Shown here: in pieces, positions 8,750-18,081 of the stretch
How the letters are laid out: every line of letters begins with the position of its first letter
Numbering within the stretch: position 1 is the stretch's first letter
Assembly (NCBI GenBank): GCA_963805975.1
Contig: CAWDVR010000003.1
Coordinates: forward strand, 672,001 to 736,000
Direction: 5' to 3'
From: an uncultured Acidobacteriota bacterium
GTDB taxonomy: Bacteria > Acidobacteriota > Thermoanaerobaculia > Multivoradales > SZUA-115
Length of the DNA stretch: 64,000 nucleotides
Notes under the pieces: model-generated
What the model saw: only the letters and a program-made list of their open reading frames with translations
Databases searched by the model: none
Told to the model about the DNA's origin: nothing
Position numbers and translations under genes: made by a program

Positions 8750-10120
8750 ATGCGCACCGCGCGCACCTCACTTCCAGTCCCGGCGAGCCTCCCCTACTGC
8801 CTGGCTCTCGTGGCGGCGGCCCTCGCCGGTGCCCTCGCGGCGGCCACCGTCACCGGGGCCGCCGAGGGTGGTGCGGTGATGCACCTGCGGATCAAGAGCC
8901 CGATCCAGCCGGTGGCCGCCGAGTTCCTGCGCGAGAGCCTGGCCACGGCCGACGCCGAGAGCGCCGCCCTGCTGGTCGTCGAGCTGGACACGCCGGGGGG
9001 GCTCGACAGCTCGATGCACGAGATGACGGGCGCCATCGTCGGCGCCCGGACGCCGGTGGTGGTCTACGTCTCGCCGCGCGGCGCGCGCGCCGCCTCGGCC
9101 GGCTTCTTCCTGCTGATGGCGGCGGACGTCGCCGCCATGGCGCCCGACACCCATACCGGCGCCGCCGCGGCCGTCGGGCCGCAGGGCGGTGAGCTGCCGG
9201 AGACGATGAAGAAGAAAGTGGCCGAGGACTCGACGGCCAAGATCCGCGCGCTCGCGGCGCGGCGCGGGAGAAACGTCGAGCTGGCGGTGGCGGCGGTGGC
9301 CGAGGCGCGCTCCTTCACGGCGCAGGAAGCCCTGGACGCCAAGCTGATCGAGCTCGTGGCGGCCGACCTGCCGAGCCTCCTCGCCGCCCTCGACGGCCGC
9401 GCGATCGACAAGGGGACCGGCGGGCCGGTGAAGCTCGCCACCGCCGGCCGCCCGGTGCGCGAGATCGAGATGTCGCTCTTCGAGCGCATCCTGGCGGTGC
9501 TCGCCGACCCGACCATCGCCTACCTGCTGCTCTCCCTGGGCAGCCTCGGCCTGGTCGTCGAGCTCTACAACCCGGGCGCGATCCTCCCCGGCGTGGTCGG
9601 CGCCATCTGCGTGGTGCTCGGGTTCTGGGGCCTGTCGGTGCTGCCGGTGAGCACGGCGGCGATCGCGCTCCTGGTCCTCGGGCTCTTCTTCTTCATCGCC
9701 GAGATCAAGGTGGTCTCCTACGGCCTGCTCTCCGTGGCCGGCGCCGTCTGCCTGGTGCTCGCCGGCCTGATGCTGATCAAGACCCCGGAGCCGGCGCTCC
9801 GGGTGAGCCGCGGCGCCATCGCCGGGGTCGCCGTGTTCGCGCTGGTGGCCGCCGGCCTGCTGATGACGCTCGCCCTGCGCGCCTACCGGCGGCCGGTGGC
9901 GACCGGCGCCGAGGGACTGCTAGCGGCGCGCGGCGAAGCCCGCACGGCGCTCGACCCCCGCGGCAAGGTGTTCGTGCACGGCGAGCTGTGGAACGCGGTG
10001 GCCGAGGGGCCCCTAGGCGAGGGACGTGTGGAGCGGGGCCGGCCGGTGGAGATCGTCGCGGTGGACGGCCTCACCTTGAGGGTGCGGCCGGTGGGCGAGA
10101 GCCCGGCAGGCGGTGGGTGA
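8750..10120 (+). CDS. nfeD: NfeD family membrane-bound ClpP-class serine protease
   Basis: 'LDTPGG', 'AASAG' catalytic Ser, TM bundle, C-terminal OB 'GKVFVHGELWNA'. Confidence 0.92.
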   Translation: MRTARTSLPVPASLPYCLALVAAALAGALAAATVTGAAEGGAVMHLRIKSPIQPVAAEFLRESLATADAESAALLVVELDTPGGLDSSMHEMTGAIVGARTPVVVYVSPRGARAASAGFFLLMAADVAAMAPDTHTGAAAAVGPQGGELPETMKKKVAEDSTAKIRALAARRGRNVELAVAAVAEARSFTAQEALDAKLIELVAADLPSLLAALDGRAIDKGTGGPVKLATAGRPVREIEMSLFERILAVLADPTIAYLLLSLGSLGLVVELYNPGAILPGVVGAICVVLGFWGLSVLPVSTAAIALLVLGLFFFIAEIKVVSYGLLSVAGAVCLVLAGLMLIKTPEPALRVSRGAIAGVAVFALVAAGLLMTLALRAYRRPVATGAEGLLAARGEARTALDPRGKVFVHGELWNAVAEGPLGEGRVERGRPVEIVAVDGLTLRVRPVGESPAGGG

Positions 10121-10177
10121 GCCGAGTTGGACGATCTCTTGAGGGCGCTCGTTGAATGGCTGTGGAAGGAGGTTCCG

Positions 10178-10993
10178 ATGTCCGTGTCCCTGCCGCTGGT
10201 CGCGATCGTGGCCGTGGTCCTGTACCTGATCTCCTGCATCAAGATCATCACCGAGTACGAGCGCGCGGTGGTCTTTCGCCTCGGCCGGCTGCTCGAGCGT
10301 GCCAAGGGGCCGGGGGTGGTGATCATCCTGCGGCCCATCGACCGCATCGTGCGGGTCTCGCTGCGCACCATCGTGCACGACGTGCCGCCGCAGGACGTGA
10401 TCACCAAGGACAACGTTTCGGTGAAGGTCAACGCGGTGGTCTACTTCCGGGTGGTCGATCCCAACAAGGCGGTGACCGAGGTCGAGAACTACCTCTACGC
10501 CACCAGCCAGCTCGCCCAGACCACGCTGCGCTCGGTGCTCGGGCAGGCCGAGCTCGACGAGCTGCTGGCCGAGCGGGAGAAGCTCAACGACCGGCTCCAG
10601 GCGATCATCGACCAGCACACGGCCCCCTGGGGCATCAAGGTGTCGATGGTGGAGGTCAAGCACGTCGACCTGCCCACCGAGATGCAGCGCGCCATGGCGC
10701 GGCAGGCCGAGGCGGAGCGCGAGAAGCGCGCCAAGATCATCCACGCGGCCGGCGAGAACGAGGCTTCGCGCCAGCTCGCCGAGGCGGCGGAGGTCATCGG
10801 CCTCAACCCGGTCACCTTGCAGCTTCGCTACCTGCAGACCTTGACCGAGATCGCCGCCGAGAAGAACTCGACGATCGTCTTCCCGCTCCCCATCGACCTC
10901 TTGCGCGCCTTCGCCATGCAGCCGCCCACCCTCGGAGGCGGCCAGGGTGCCCTCGAAGGCGGCAAGGGCAAGGGCGGCACGGGTGCAGGCTAG
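10178..10993 (+). CDS. Slipin / SPFH (stomatin-like) protein
   Basis: '[12 protein letters not shown]', '[18 protein letters not shown]', 'QLRYLQTL'; AAGGAGG RBS; canonical partner of NfeD. Confidence 0.95.
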   Translation: MSVSLPLVAIVAVVLYLISCIKIITEYERAVVFRLGRLLERAKGPGVVIILRPIDRIVRVSLRTIVHDVPPQDVITKDNVSVKVNAVVYFRVVDPNKAVTEVENYLYATSQLAQTTLRSVLGQAELDELLAEREKLNDRLQAIIDQHTAPWGIKVSMVEVKHVDLPTEMQRAMARQAEAEREKRAKIIHAAGENEASRQLAEAAEVIGLNPVTLQLRYLQTLTEIAAEKNSTIVFPLPIDLLRAFAMQPPTLGGGQGALEGGKGKGGTGAG

Positions 10994-11009
10994 GAGCGGA
11001 GGCTAGATC

Positions 11010-11906
11010 ATGCCGGCCAGCGAATCCCGCGAGACCAGCTACTACGAGGTCGCCCTCACCAACCGCCAGGTGATGGTGGCCTTCAGCTTCCTGCTGGTGG
11101 GGCTGCTGGTCTCGTTCCTCTCGGGCGTCTGGGTGGGCAAGACCACCTCGCCGCCCGCGATCGAAGAGGCGCCGCCGCTCCGCGTGGTGGGGGAGGAGCC
11201 GGCCGCGGTGACCCCCGACGAAACCGTGCCCGGCACCGCGCCGGCGGAGGCCGCGGCCGATTCCCCTCCACGGCTCGACTACTTCGAGGGGGAGGGCACT
11301 GTGGCCGAGAGCGAGGCCGCCACGCCGGGCGACACTGCGGAGGCCCTGGCTCCGGCACCGACCGAGGTAGAGCCCCCGGCCGCCGCGAGCCCTCCCCCGG
11401 CGAGCACCGCCCCGGTGACCTCGCCTCCGCCGGCCGGCCCGGCGGCCCAGCCCGCGCCGGCGGCCGATACGCCTTTGGTGAAGCCCAAATGGCGGCAGCG
11501 CCGTGAGGTGGCGCTGGAGGCCGAGCGCCTGGAGAGCGAGTTCGCGAGCGAGGAGGCCGAGATCGAGGGCGCGCCGAGCGCTCCCGTGACCCGGCCCGAG
11601 CCCGCCGCGCCGCTGCCCCCCGCCACGGTACCCGCGCCGCCGGTGGCGAGGGTGCCGGCCACCAAGCCCACCGGCACGCAGTTCCTGGTGCAGGTCTTCT
11701 CTTCCAAGGACGCGGTGAAGGCGCGGGAGATCCTGACCTCGCTCCAGGACGCCGGCTACCCGGCGTCCCTGTCGCGCAGCGAGCTCGCGGCGGGGGTCAC
11801 CTACCGAGTGCGCATCGGCCCCTACCGGGACCGGCCGGCGGCGCAGAAGGTGGCGGACGACGTGAGCCGCAGGATGAAGGTCGATACCTGGATCACCACC
11901 GAGTAG
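11010..11906 (+). CDS. SPOR domain-containing cell-division/peptidoglycan-binding protein
   Basis: N-terminal TM, Pro/Ala-rich linker, C-terminal 'FLVQVFSS...YRVRIGPY'. Confidence 0.85.
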   Translation: MPASESRETSYYEVALTNRQVMVAFSFLLVGLLVSFLSGVWVGKTTSPPAIEEAPPLRVVGEEPAAVTPDETVPGTAPAEAAADSPPRLDYFEGEGTVAESEAATPGDTAEALAPAPTEVEPPAAASPPPASTAPVTSPPPAGPAAQPAPAADTPLVKPKWRQRREVALEAERLESEFASEEAEIEGAPSAPVTRPEPAAPLPPATVPAPPVARVPATKPTGTQFLVQVFSSKDAVKAREILTSLQDAGYPASLSRSELAAGVTYRVRIGPYRDRPAAQKVADDVSRRMKVDTWITTE

Positions 11907-11916
11907 TGGTGCGAGG

Positions 11917-13476
11917 TTGGATCTGACGCGTCTCGCCTGGATCGGCTTCGCCCTGGCCGGCGGTGTGCTGTGGGGCCTCCAGTTCGGCGAGCGGGAGTTT
12001 CTGCTGGCGCCGTGGCTGGCGCTGGCGCCCCTGCTGCTGCTCCTCTCGCACCCCAAGGCCGGGCGGCTGGCGTTTCTCTTCGGGCTCGCGTCCTGGCTCG
12101 CCGCCATCCCCTGGATCGCGCCCACGCTCTCGGTCTTCGGCGGCATGCACTGGCTACTGTCGCTCGCCGGCCTGGCACTGCTGGCCGCCTACCTCGGGCT
12201 CTACGTCTGCCTCTTCGGCTGGTTGGGTGCGCCGCTCTGGCGGCGCGGCCCCGCCTGGCTGGCGCTCGTCTCTCTCCCGGCCCTGTGGGTGGCGCTCGAA
12301 TGGCTGCGCGGGCACCTGCTCACCGGCTTCCCCTGGAACCTTGCGGGCTACTCCTGGGTCGCGGTGCCGGGAGCACTGCCGGCAACCGCCTGGATCGGCG
12401 CCTACGGCCTGTCCGCGGTGGTGGTGTTCGCCAATGCCAGCGTGGCGCTCGCCGTCCGCCACCGGCGCTGGGAGCCCGCCGCGGCCGGGCTGCTCGCGGT
12501 GCTGACCTTCCTCGCCCTGGCCGGCCGCTTCGCGCTGCCGGTGGTGGCCCCTGCCGCGGAGGTGGAAGGCCAGGCGGTGCGGGTGCTGCAGCCGAACATC
12601 CCCAACATGGTGGTCGCCGACGGTGCTCTCGCCCGCCGCAACTACGAGCGGGTGATCGCCCAGTCGCGCGACGCTTGCGACCGCCCCGGCGCGTTGCTCC
12701 TCTGGCCGGAGAGCGCCGCGTGGCCCTACACCTTCGACGACAGCCCGGAGCTGCGCGCCGATCTGGCGAGCCTCAATGCCGCGGGCTGCCCGGTGCTGCT
12801 CAACTCACCACGCCAGGAGGCCGTCCAGGGAGCGGAACGCTGGTACAACTCGGCGCTGCTGGTGGAGAACGGTGCGGCCACGGCGAGCTACGACAAGCGG
12901 CACCTGGTGCCGTTCGGCGAGTACGTGCCGCTCGCCGGCCTGTTCTCGTTCTACGACAGCCTGGCGAGGAACGCCGGGGACTTCTCGGCGGCCGAGAGCG
13001 TGCACCTGCTGCCCTGGAACCTGGAGCGGGGCAACCGCGACCGGCTCGGCCTCGCCATCTGCTTCGAGGTGACCTTTCCCGAGGAGGTGGCCGCCACCGT
13101 GCGGGAGGGAGCCACGGTGCTCGTCACGCTCACCAACGACGCCTGGTACGGCGATACCGCGGCTCCCTGGCAGCACTACCGGGCGGCGCGGTTTCGCGCC
13201 GCCGAGAACGCGCGGCCCCTGCTGCGCGCGGCGATCACCGGCGTTTCGGCGGTGGTGGGCGCCGACGGCCGGCCGCAGGCGATGCTCGGCGTCAACCAGC
13301 AGGGCACGCTCCGGGCCACGGTCCGGGGTGCCACGGCGCTCACCGCCTACACCCGCCGGCCCTGGCTGGTGCCGCTCGCCTGCGGGCTGATCGCGCTTGC
13401 CGCTATACTCCTGGTTCGCTTGCAGGGGGTCCGCTTTCGGGGCTCCGCTTTCAGTCCTCCGGCGCCCCCCGCCTGA
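11917..13476 (+). CDS. lnt: Apolipoprotein N-acyltransferase
   Basis: 'GFPW', 'QPNI', 'WPES', 'YDKRHLVPFGEY', 'ICFE', 'TNDAWYG'. Confidence 0.95.
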   Translation: MDLTRLAWIGFALAGGVLWGLQFGEREFLLAPWLALAPLLLLLSHPKAGRLAFLFGLASWLAAIPWIAPTLSVFGGMHWLLSLAGLALLAAYLGLYVCLFGWLGAPLWRRGPAWLALVSLPALWVALEWLRGHLLTGFPWNLAGYSWVAVPGALPATAWIGAYGLSAVVVFANASVALAVRHRRWEPAAAGLLAVLTFLALAGRFALPVVAPAAEVEGQAVRVLQPNIPNMVVADGALARRNYERVIAQSRDACDRPGALLLWPESAAWPYTFDDSPELRADLASLNAAGCPVLLNSPRQEAVQGAERWYNSALLVENGAATASYDKRHLVPFGEYVPLAGLFSFYDSLARNAGDFSAAESVHLLPWNLERGNRDRLGLAICFEVTFPEEVAATVREGATVLVTLTNDAWYGDTAAPWQHYRAARFRAAENARPLLRAAITGVSAVVGADGRPQAMLGVNQQGTLRATVRGATALTAYTRRPWLVPLACGLIALAAILLVRLQGVRFRGSAFSPPAPPA

Positions 13477-13493
13477 GGAACGAGGAACCACCG

Positions 13494-14604
13494 ATGTCTC
13501 CCGATCTCGAACCGCGCATGGCCCGCCTCGAGGAAAAGCTCCGCGACCTCCGGGGGTATCTTTGAATCGGGAGACGACGCCGACGCGCTCTCCGAGATCG
13601 ACCACGAGATGGGGCAGCCCGGCTTCTGGGACGGCCCCGGCAAGAGCGCGGACCTGCTGCGCCGCCGGCGCAAGCTCGAGAAGCGCCGCGAGACCCTGAC
13701 CCAGCTCGGCAAGGACCTGGACGAGCTGGGCGCCTGGCGCGAGCTCCTCGCCGAGGGCCTGGCCGACACCGAGCTCGGCAGCTTCATGGACCGCCTCGAA
13801 GGCGAGCTCGACCATCTCGAGCTGGAGCTCAAGCTCTCGGGCCCCGAGGACGAGAAGCCGGCGATCGTCGCCATCCATCCGGGCGCCGGCGGCACCGAGT
13901 CGCAGGACTGGGCGGAGATGCTGCTGCGCATGTACCTGCGCTGGGCCGAGCGCAACCGCTACGACGTCGAGATGCTCGACCGCCAGGAAGGGGAGGAGGC
14001 GGGCCTGAAGAGCGCGACCTTCGCGGTGCGCGGCGAGCACGCCTACGGCTACCTGAAGAGCGAGGTGGGGGTCCATCGCCTGGTGCGGGTGAGCCCGTTC
14101 GACGCCGCGGCCCGCCGCCACACCTCGTTCGCCTCGGTCGACGTCTACCCGGAGGTGGACGACGACATCAAGATCGAGATCGACGAGAAGGACTTGCGGA
14201 TCGACACCTACCGCTCCTCGGGCGCCGGCGGCCAGCACGTGAACAAGACCGAGTCGGCGGTGCGCATCACGCACCTGCCGACCGGCGTGGTCGCGGCCTG
14301 CCAGAACGAGCGCAGCCAGATCAAGAACCGCTCGACGGCGATGAAGATGCTGCGCGCCAAGCTCTACGACATCGAGACGAAGAAGCGCGAGGCGGAGCAG
14401 GCGGAGCGGGAGGGATTGAAGAAGGACAACGCCTGGGGCAGCCAGATCAGGAGCTACGTGCTGCACCCCTACCGGATGGTGAAGGACCACCGCACGGGCG
14501 AGCAGGTGGGCGACGCCGACCGGGTGCTCGACGGCGCCCTCGAGCCCTTCATGGAGGCGTTCCTGAAAGGACGCATGGCGGTAGGGCCCACGGATGTCGA
14601 GTAG
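13494..14604 (+). CDS. prfB: Peptide chain release factor 2, with programmed +1 frameshift at 13560-13565
   Basis: MSPDLEPRMARLEEKLRDLRGYL then CTT-TGA; +1 frame continues ESGDDADALSEIDHEMGQPGFWD...; SPF and GGQ motifs. Confidence 0.96.
13551..13566 (+). promoter_or_regulatory. RF2 autoregulatory frameshift cassette
   Basis: CGGGGG-TAT-CTT-TGA-A: internal SD-like run, slippery CTT-T and UGA. Confidence 0.92.
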
Positions 14605-14747
14605 GAGCCCTCACCCCAGCCCTCTCCCGCAAGCGGGAGAGGGGGCCAGAAGGGAAGAGGAGGCTGCTTCCACCCTTCGGGGTGTCGCCGTACATTCCGG
14701 TCCCCTCGCCCCGCGTGAGCGGGGAGAGGGCTAGGGTGAGGGGCTCC
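14604..14747. repeat. Inverted pair of REP-like palindromic units (CCCTCACCCC.GCCCTCTCCC...GGGAGAGGG family)
   Basis: Left GGAGCCCTCACCCCAGCCCTCTCCCGCAAGCGGGAGAGGG; right CCCTCGCCCCGCGTGAGCGGGGAGAGGGCTAGGGTGAGGGGCTCC; each has an internal hairpin and the two are mutual reverse complements. Confidence 0.85.
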
Positions 14748-16328
14748 GTGCTCCGCCTGGACTACGTCTCACCCCTGCCCCCGGTCCGTTCCGGCATCGC
14801 CGACTACAGTGTCGATCTCCTGCCCCACCTCGAGCCGCTCGCCGACCTGCGGGTGATCCGACTGCCCGGCCAGCCGGTGGCGCCGGAGGTCGAGGCGCGA
14901 TGGCGGCCCACGCCGGCAGAGGAGACGGCAGCGGCCGGCCGGCTGCCGCTCTACCAGATGGGCAACAACCCCTACCACGACGGCGTCCATGACCTCGCCA
15001 TGGAGCGGCCGGGCGTGCTGATGCTCCACGACCCGGTGCTGCACCACTTCGTGCTCCACCGCACGCTCGGGGCGCGCGACTGGGACGGCTACGAGCGGCG
15101 CATGATCGCCGACCACGGCTGGATCGGCGACGCCGCCTGCCGGATGCGCGCCCTGTCGCTCGAGGACGATGCCTCGCTCTTCAGCCTGCCCGTCCACCGC
15201 ACGCTGCTGCGCCGGCAGCGCGGCGTGCTGGTGCACAGTGCGTGGGCCCAGGGCCTGGTGCGCGAGGACGATCCGGACCTCCGGGTGAAGGCCGTGCCGA
15301 TGGGCATCCCCCTGCCGCCGGCCGCAGACCCCGGCGCAGGCCTCGACTTCCGGCGCCGGCACGGCATCCCGCTCGACCGGCCGCTCGTAGGCTCGTTCGG
15401 CTTCCAGACGCCGATCAAGCGCACGGCGGCGGTGATCGAGGCGCTGGCCGATCCGCGGCTCGCGGGCGTCCACCTGTTGATCGTCGGCGAGGTCTCGCCG
15501 CATCTCGACTTCGAGGAGCTGTCGCGGCGGGCGGGGGTGGCCGGGCGCGTCCACGTGACCGGCTTCGTGCCCTACGCCGAGCTCGAGGCGGGGGTCGCGG
15601 CCGTGGACCTCTGCCTCAACCTGCGCTATCCCACCGCCGGGGAGACCTCGGCCTCGCTGCTGCGCGTGCTCGCCGCCGGCCGGCCGGTCGTGGTGTCGGA
15701 CTTCGCGCAGTTTGCCGACCTGCCTTCCGAGGTGGCCGTGCGGGTGCCGCTCGGGCAAGGCGAGGCCGAGACTCTCGCGGCGGCCCTCGCGGCCCTGCTG
15801 GCGGCCCCCGACCGGCTGGCGGCGATGGCCGCCGCGGCCAGGGCCTTCGTGGCCCGCGAGCACGACCCGGCCCGCGCCGCCTCGCGGCTCGTCGAAGCGT
15901 GCGAGGAGATGGCCGCGCTCGAGCCGCCGGGGGATCGGCCGGCCGCGCCGCCGCCGCCCACCAGCCTCGCGTGGACGGAGCTCCCCGGCGGGATCTCGGT
16001 CTCCGGGCACGAGGCGCCCTGGCCGGCCGGCGAGCGGCGCCGCCTGGCGATCCGGCTGGCGAATCCCGGGCCGGCGCGGTGGCTGGCCGCGGACCGCGGC
16101 GCCGGCGGCATGGCGCTCGAGGTCCTGGTCGAGAGCTCGGAGCGCGAGCCCTTTCGGCCGTGGGTGCCTCTCCCCCACGACGTGCCGCCGGGCGGCGAGG
16201 CACGGCTCGCCGTCGAGGTCCGCCGGCCGCCGGGGCCGGCTCGCCTGCGGCTCGCGGCGCGGGTGATCGAGGCCCCCGGGGCCACGCCCGTGCCCGCGCA
16301 GACGGCGGAGTGGGCCGGGGAGATCTGA
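14748..16328 (+). CDS. GT4-family glycosyltransferase with C-terminal Ig-like domain
   Basis: 'SPLPPVRSGIADYS', 'YQMGNNPYH', 'LRYPTAGETSASLLR'; start placed at GTG 14748 just after the repeat. Confidence 0.88.
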   Translation: MLRLDYVSPLPPVRSGIADYSVDLLPHLEPLADLRVIRLPGQPVAPEVEARWRPTPAEETAAAGRLPLYQMGNNPYHDGVHDLAMERPGVLMLHDPVLHHFVLHRTLGARDWDGYERRMIADHGWIGDAACRMRALSLEDDASLFSLPVHRTLLRRQRGVLVHSAWAQGLVREDDPDLRVKAVPMGIPLPPAADPGAGLDFRRRHGIPLDRPLVGSFGFQTPIKRTAAVIEALADPRLAGVHLLIVGEVSPHLDFEELSRRAGVAGRVHVTGFVPYAELEAGVAAVDLCLNLRYPTAGETSASLLRVLAAGRPVVVSDFAQFADLPSEVAVRVPLGQGEAETLAAALAALLAAPDRLAAMAAAARAFVAREHDPARAASRLVEACEEMAALEPPGDRPAAPPPPTSLAWTELPGGISVSGHEAPWPAGERRRLAIRLANPGPARWLAADRGAGGMALEVLVESSEREPFRPWVPLPHDVPPGGEARLAVEVRRPPGPARLRLAARVIEAPGATPVPAQTAEWAGEI

Positions 16329-16847
16329 GTGCTGGCGCGGCTGGGAAGGTTGTCTCCGAAAGCGAAAGGCGGCCTGCTGGTCGTCGTCCTGCTGTCGGTC
16401 CTCGCCGGGCTCTGGCTGGCGTGGCCGTGGGATGGTTCCTTCAGGTTTCAGGGCCTGGTCATCCGGCCGGCAGACGGGTGCCTGGCGCTCGACCGGAAGA
16501 CCGGCCCGCTGGTGCTCCGCGACAAGTCCAGGCCCTGCGCGTTCGAGGTCGAGAGCAAGGTGCCGCTGGTCTCGATCGTCCTCGACCTGGCCCGCGAGGC
16601 GCCGTCGCGACTCGAGATCGAGGGCGGGGAGCAGGGAGTGCGGCTCTTCCGGCCGGACGGCACCGTGGTGTCGCAGATCCTGCTCGAACCGCCGGCTCCG
16701 GCGCCCGCCGGCGAGCGTCGGAGGGCCTACCGCTACCCCTTGCGCCTCTCGCTGCCGGGGACCGGGCCGGGTCCACTGCGGCTAACATTGGCCGCCGAAG
16801 TGGCCGGCCCGAGCGGTGCGGCCTCGACCAGCCCCCAGACTCCATGA
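16329..16847 (+). CDS. Hypothetical single-pass membrane protein
   Basis: N-terminal TM then beta-rich domain; abuts the GT gene. Confidence 0.6.
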   Translation: MLARLGRLSPKAKGGLLVVVLLSVLAGLWLAWPWDGSFRFQGLVIRPADGCLALDRKTGPLVLRDKSRPCAFEVESKVPLVSIVLDLAREAPSRLEIEGGEQGVRLFRPDGTVVSQILLEPPAPAPAGERRRAYRYPLRLSLPGTGPGPLRLTLAAEVAGPSGAASTSPQTP

Positions 16848-16878
16848 GCCCCCAGCCTCCATGGGCACCGAGCCCCCG

Positions 16879-17478
16879 ATGAGCACACCGGCGAGAACCT
16901 GGATCGAAGAGCTGCGGGCGCGGCTCGCCTCGCCGCCGCCACGGCGCCTGCCCGTCCACGACGGCCGGCAGGCGGCGGTGCTGGTGCCGCTCTACGTCGA
17001 CTCCGGCGAGCTGTGGACGCTCCTCACCCAGCGCGCCGAGGCACTGCCGCACCACAAGAGCCAGTTCGCTTTTCCCGGCGGCGGTCGCGAGCTGGGGGAG
17101 GACGCCTGGGCCGCGGCGCTGCGTGAGGCCGAGGAGGAGATCGGCCTCGAGCCCAAGGCCGTGCTCCGCCTGGGCGAGCTCGACGAGGTACGCACCGATT
17201 CGAGCGGCTTCTCGATCGTGCCCTGCGTCGGTGCCGTGCCCTTCCCGCTCATACCCAAGATCAACCGCGACGAGATCGCCGACCTCTTCGCCGTGCCGGT
17301 CACCGCCTTCGCCAACCCCCGCCTGGTGGAGGACCGGCCGGTCTCGATCGACGGCCGCGAACGGATGCTCCGCATCTACCACATCGGCAACCGGCGCATC
17401 TGGGGCCTGACCGCCACGGTGCTCAAGAACCTGCTGCGGCGGCTGGGGATCGAGACGGCGGAGGAGGACATAAACTGA
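16879..17478 (+). CDS. Nudix hydrolase, CoA pyrophosphatase (NudL/PCD1-like)
   Basis: 'AAVLVPL', 'LLTQRA..L.HH..Q.AFPGG', Nudix box 'AALREAEEEIG', 'IWGLTA'. Confidence 0.9.
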   Translation: MSTPARTWIEELRARLASPPPRRLPVHDGRQAAVLVPLYVDSGELWTLLTQRAEALPHHKSQFAFPGGGRELGEDAWAAALREAEEEIGLEPKAVLRLGELDEVRTDSSGFSIVPCVGAVPFPLIPKINRDEIADLFAVPVTAFANPRLVEDRPVSIDGRERMLRIYHIGNRRIWGLTATVLKNLLRRLGIETAEEDIN

Positions 17479-17552
17479 AGTGCAAGCAAGTTTGCAAAGA
17501 ATGTGGGAGGCTGGGTGAGGCCATGAAGGTTTCGCTTATAGAGTTCTCTAGC

Positions 17553-18075
17553 GTGGCGATCTCGGCGCTCGAGGTTGAGGGCTTCAAGTCTCTCGCCGAG
17601 CGGACCAGGGTTGCGATTCGGCCCCTGACTCTTCTCGCCGGTGCCAACAGCTCGGGGAAGTCGAGCGCTTTGCAGCCTCTGCTTCTACTCAAGCAGACGC
17701 TGGATGCGCCCTACGATCCAGGTCCGCTGCTCTTGAGTGACTCCCACGTGAGGTTTACCTCGATAGACCAACTCTTGACTCGCCGGCCGCGGCGAGCGCG
17801 AGCTGCCGAGCTAGTTATTAGCGTCGAGCTCGAGGACAATACCGCCGTCGAGTTGGACTTTCGGGCGAAGGACAGCCACAGCTTTGAGCTAGTAAAGACG
17901 GTCTGGAGGGACGACTCCGGCAGTCTGAGCTTTACCCCTTCAATGTCGGACGCAGAAATTCGCGCAGAGCTTCTCAGGTATGGCGCAGCCAGAGCGACCC
18001 CTGGTAACGCGCCGCAGCAGCTCCGGCCGCGAGGGCAGCTCAATATAGTCCGTGAGAGGTCTTTCCTGATCCCTT
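17553..18075 (+). pseudogene. N-terminal fragment of an ABC/AAA_15-type ATPase (DUF3696-associated-like), truncated
   Basis: 'LEVEGFKSL...IRPLTLLAGANSSGKSS' Walker A; lower GC; homology-like sequence stops near 18070 with no signature or Walker B, then reads into an off-frame of the photolyase. Confidence 0.7.
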
Positions 18076-18081
18076 CGTCAT

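Noticed and set aside
16831-16890. Degenerate ~17-bp tandem repeats (GCCCCCAGACTCCATGA / GCCCCCAGCCTCCATGG ...) at the Nudix gene start
   Set aside because: Short, degenerate local duplication of a stop/start junction; no evidence of function
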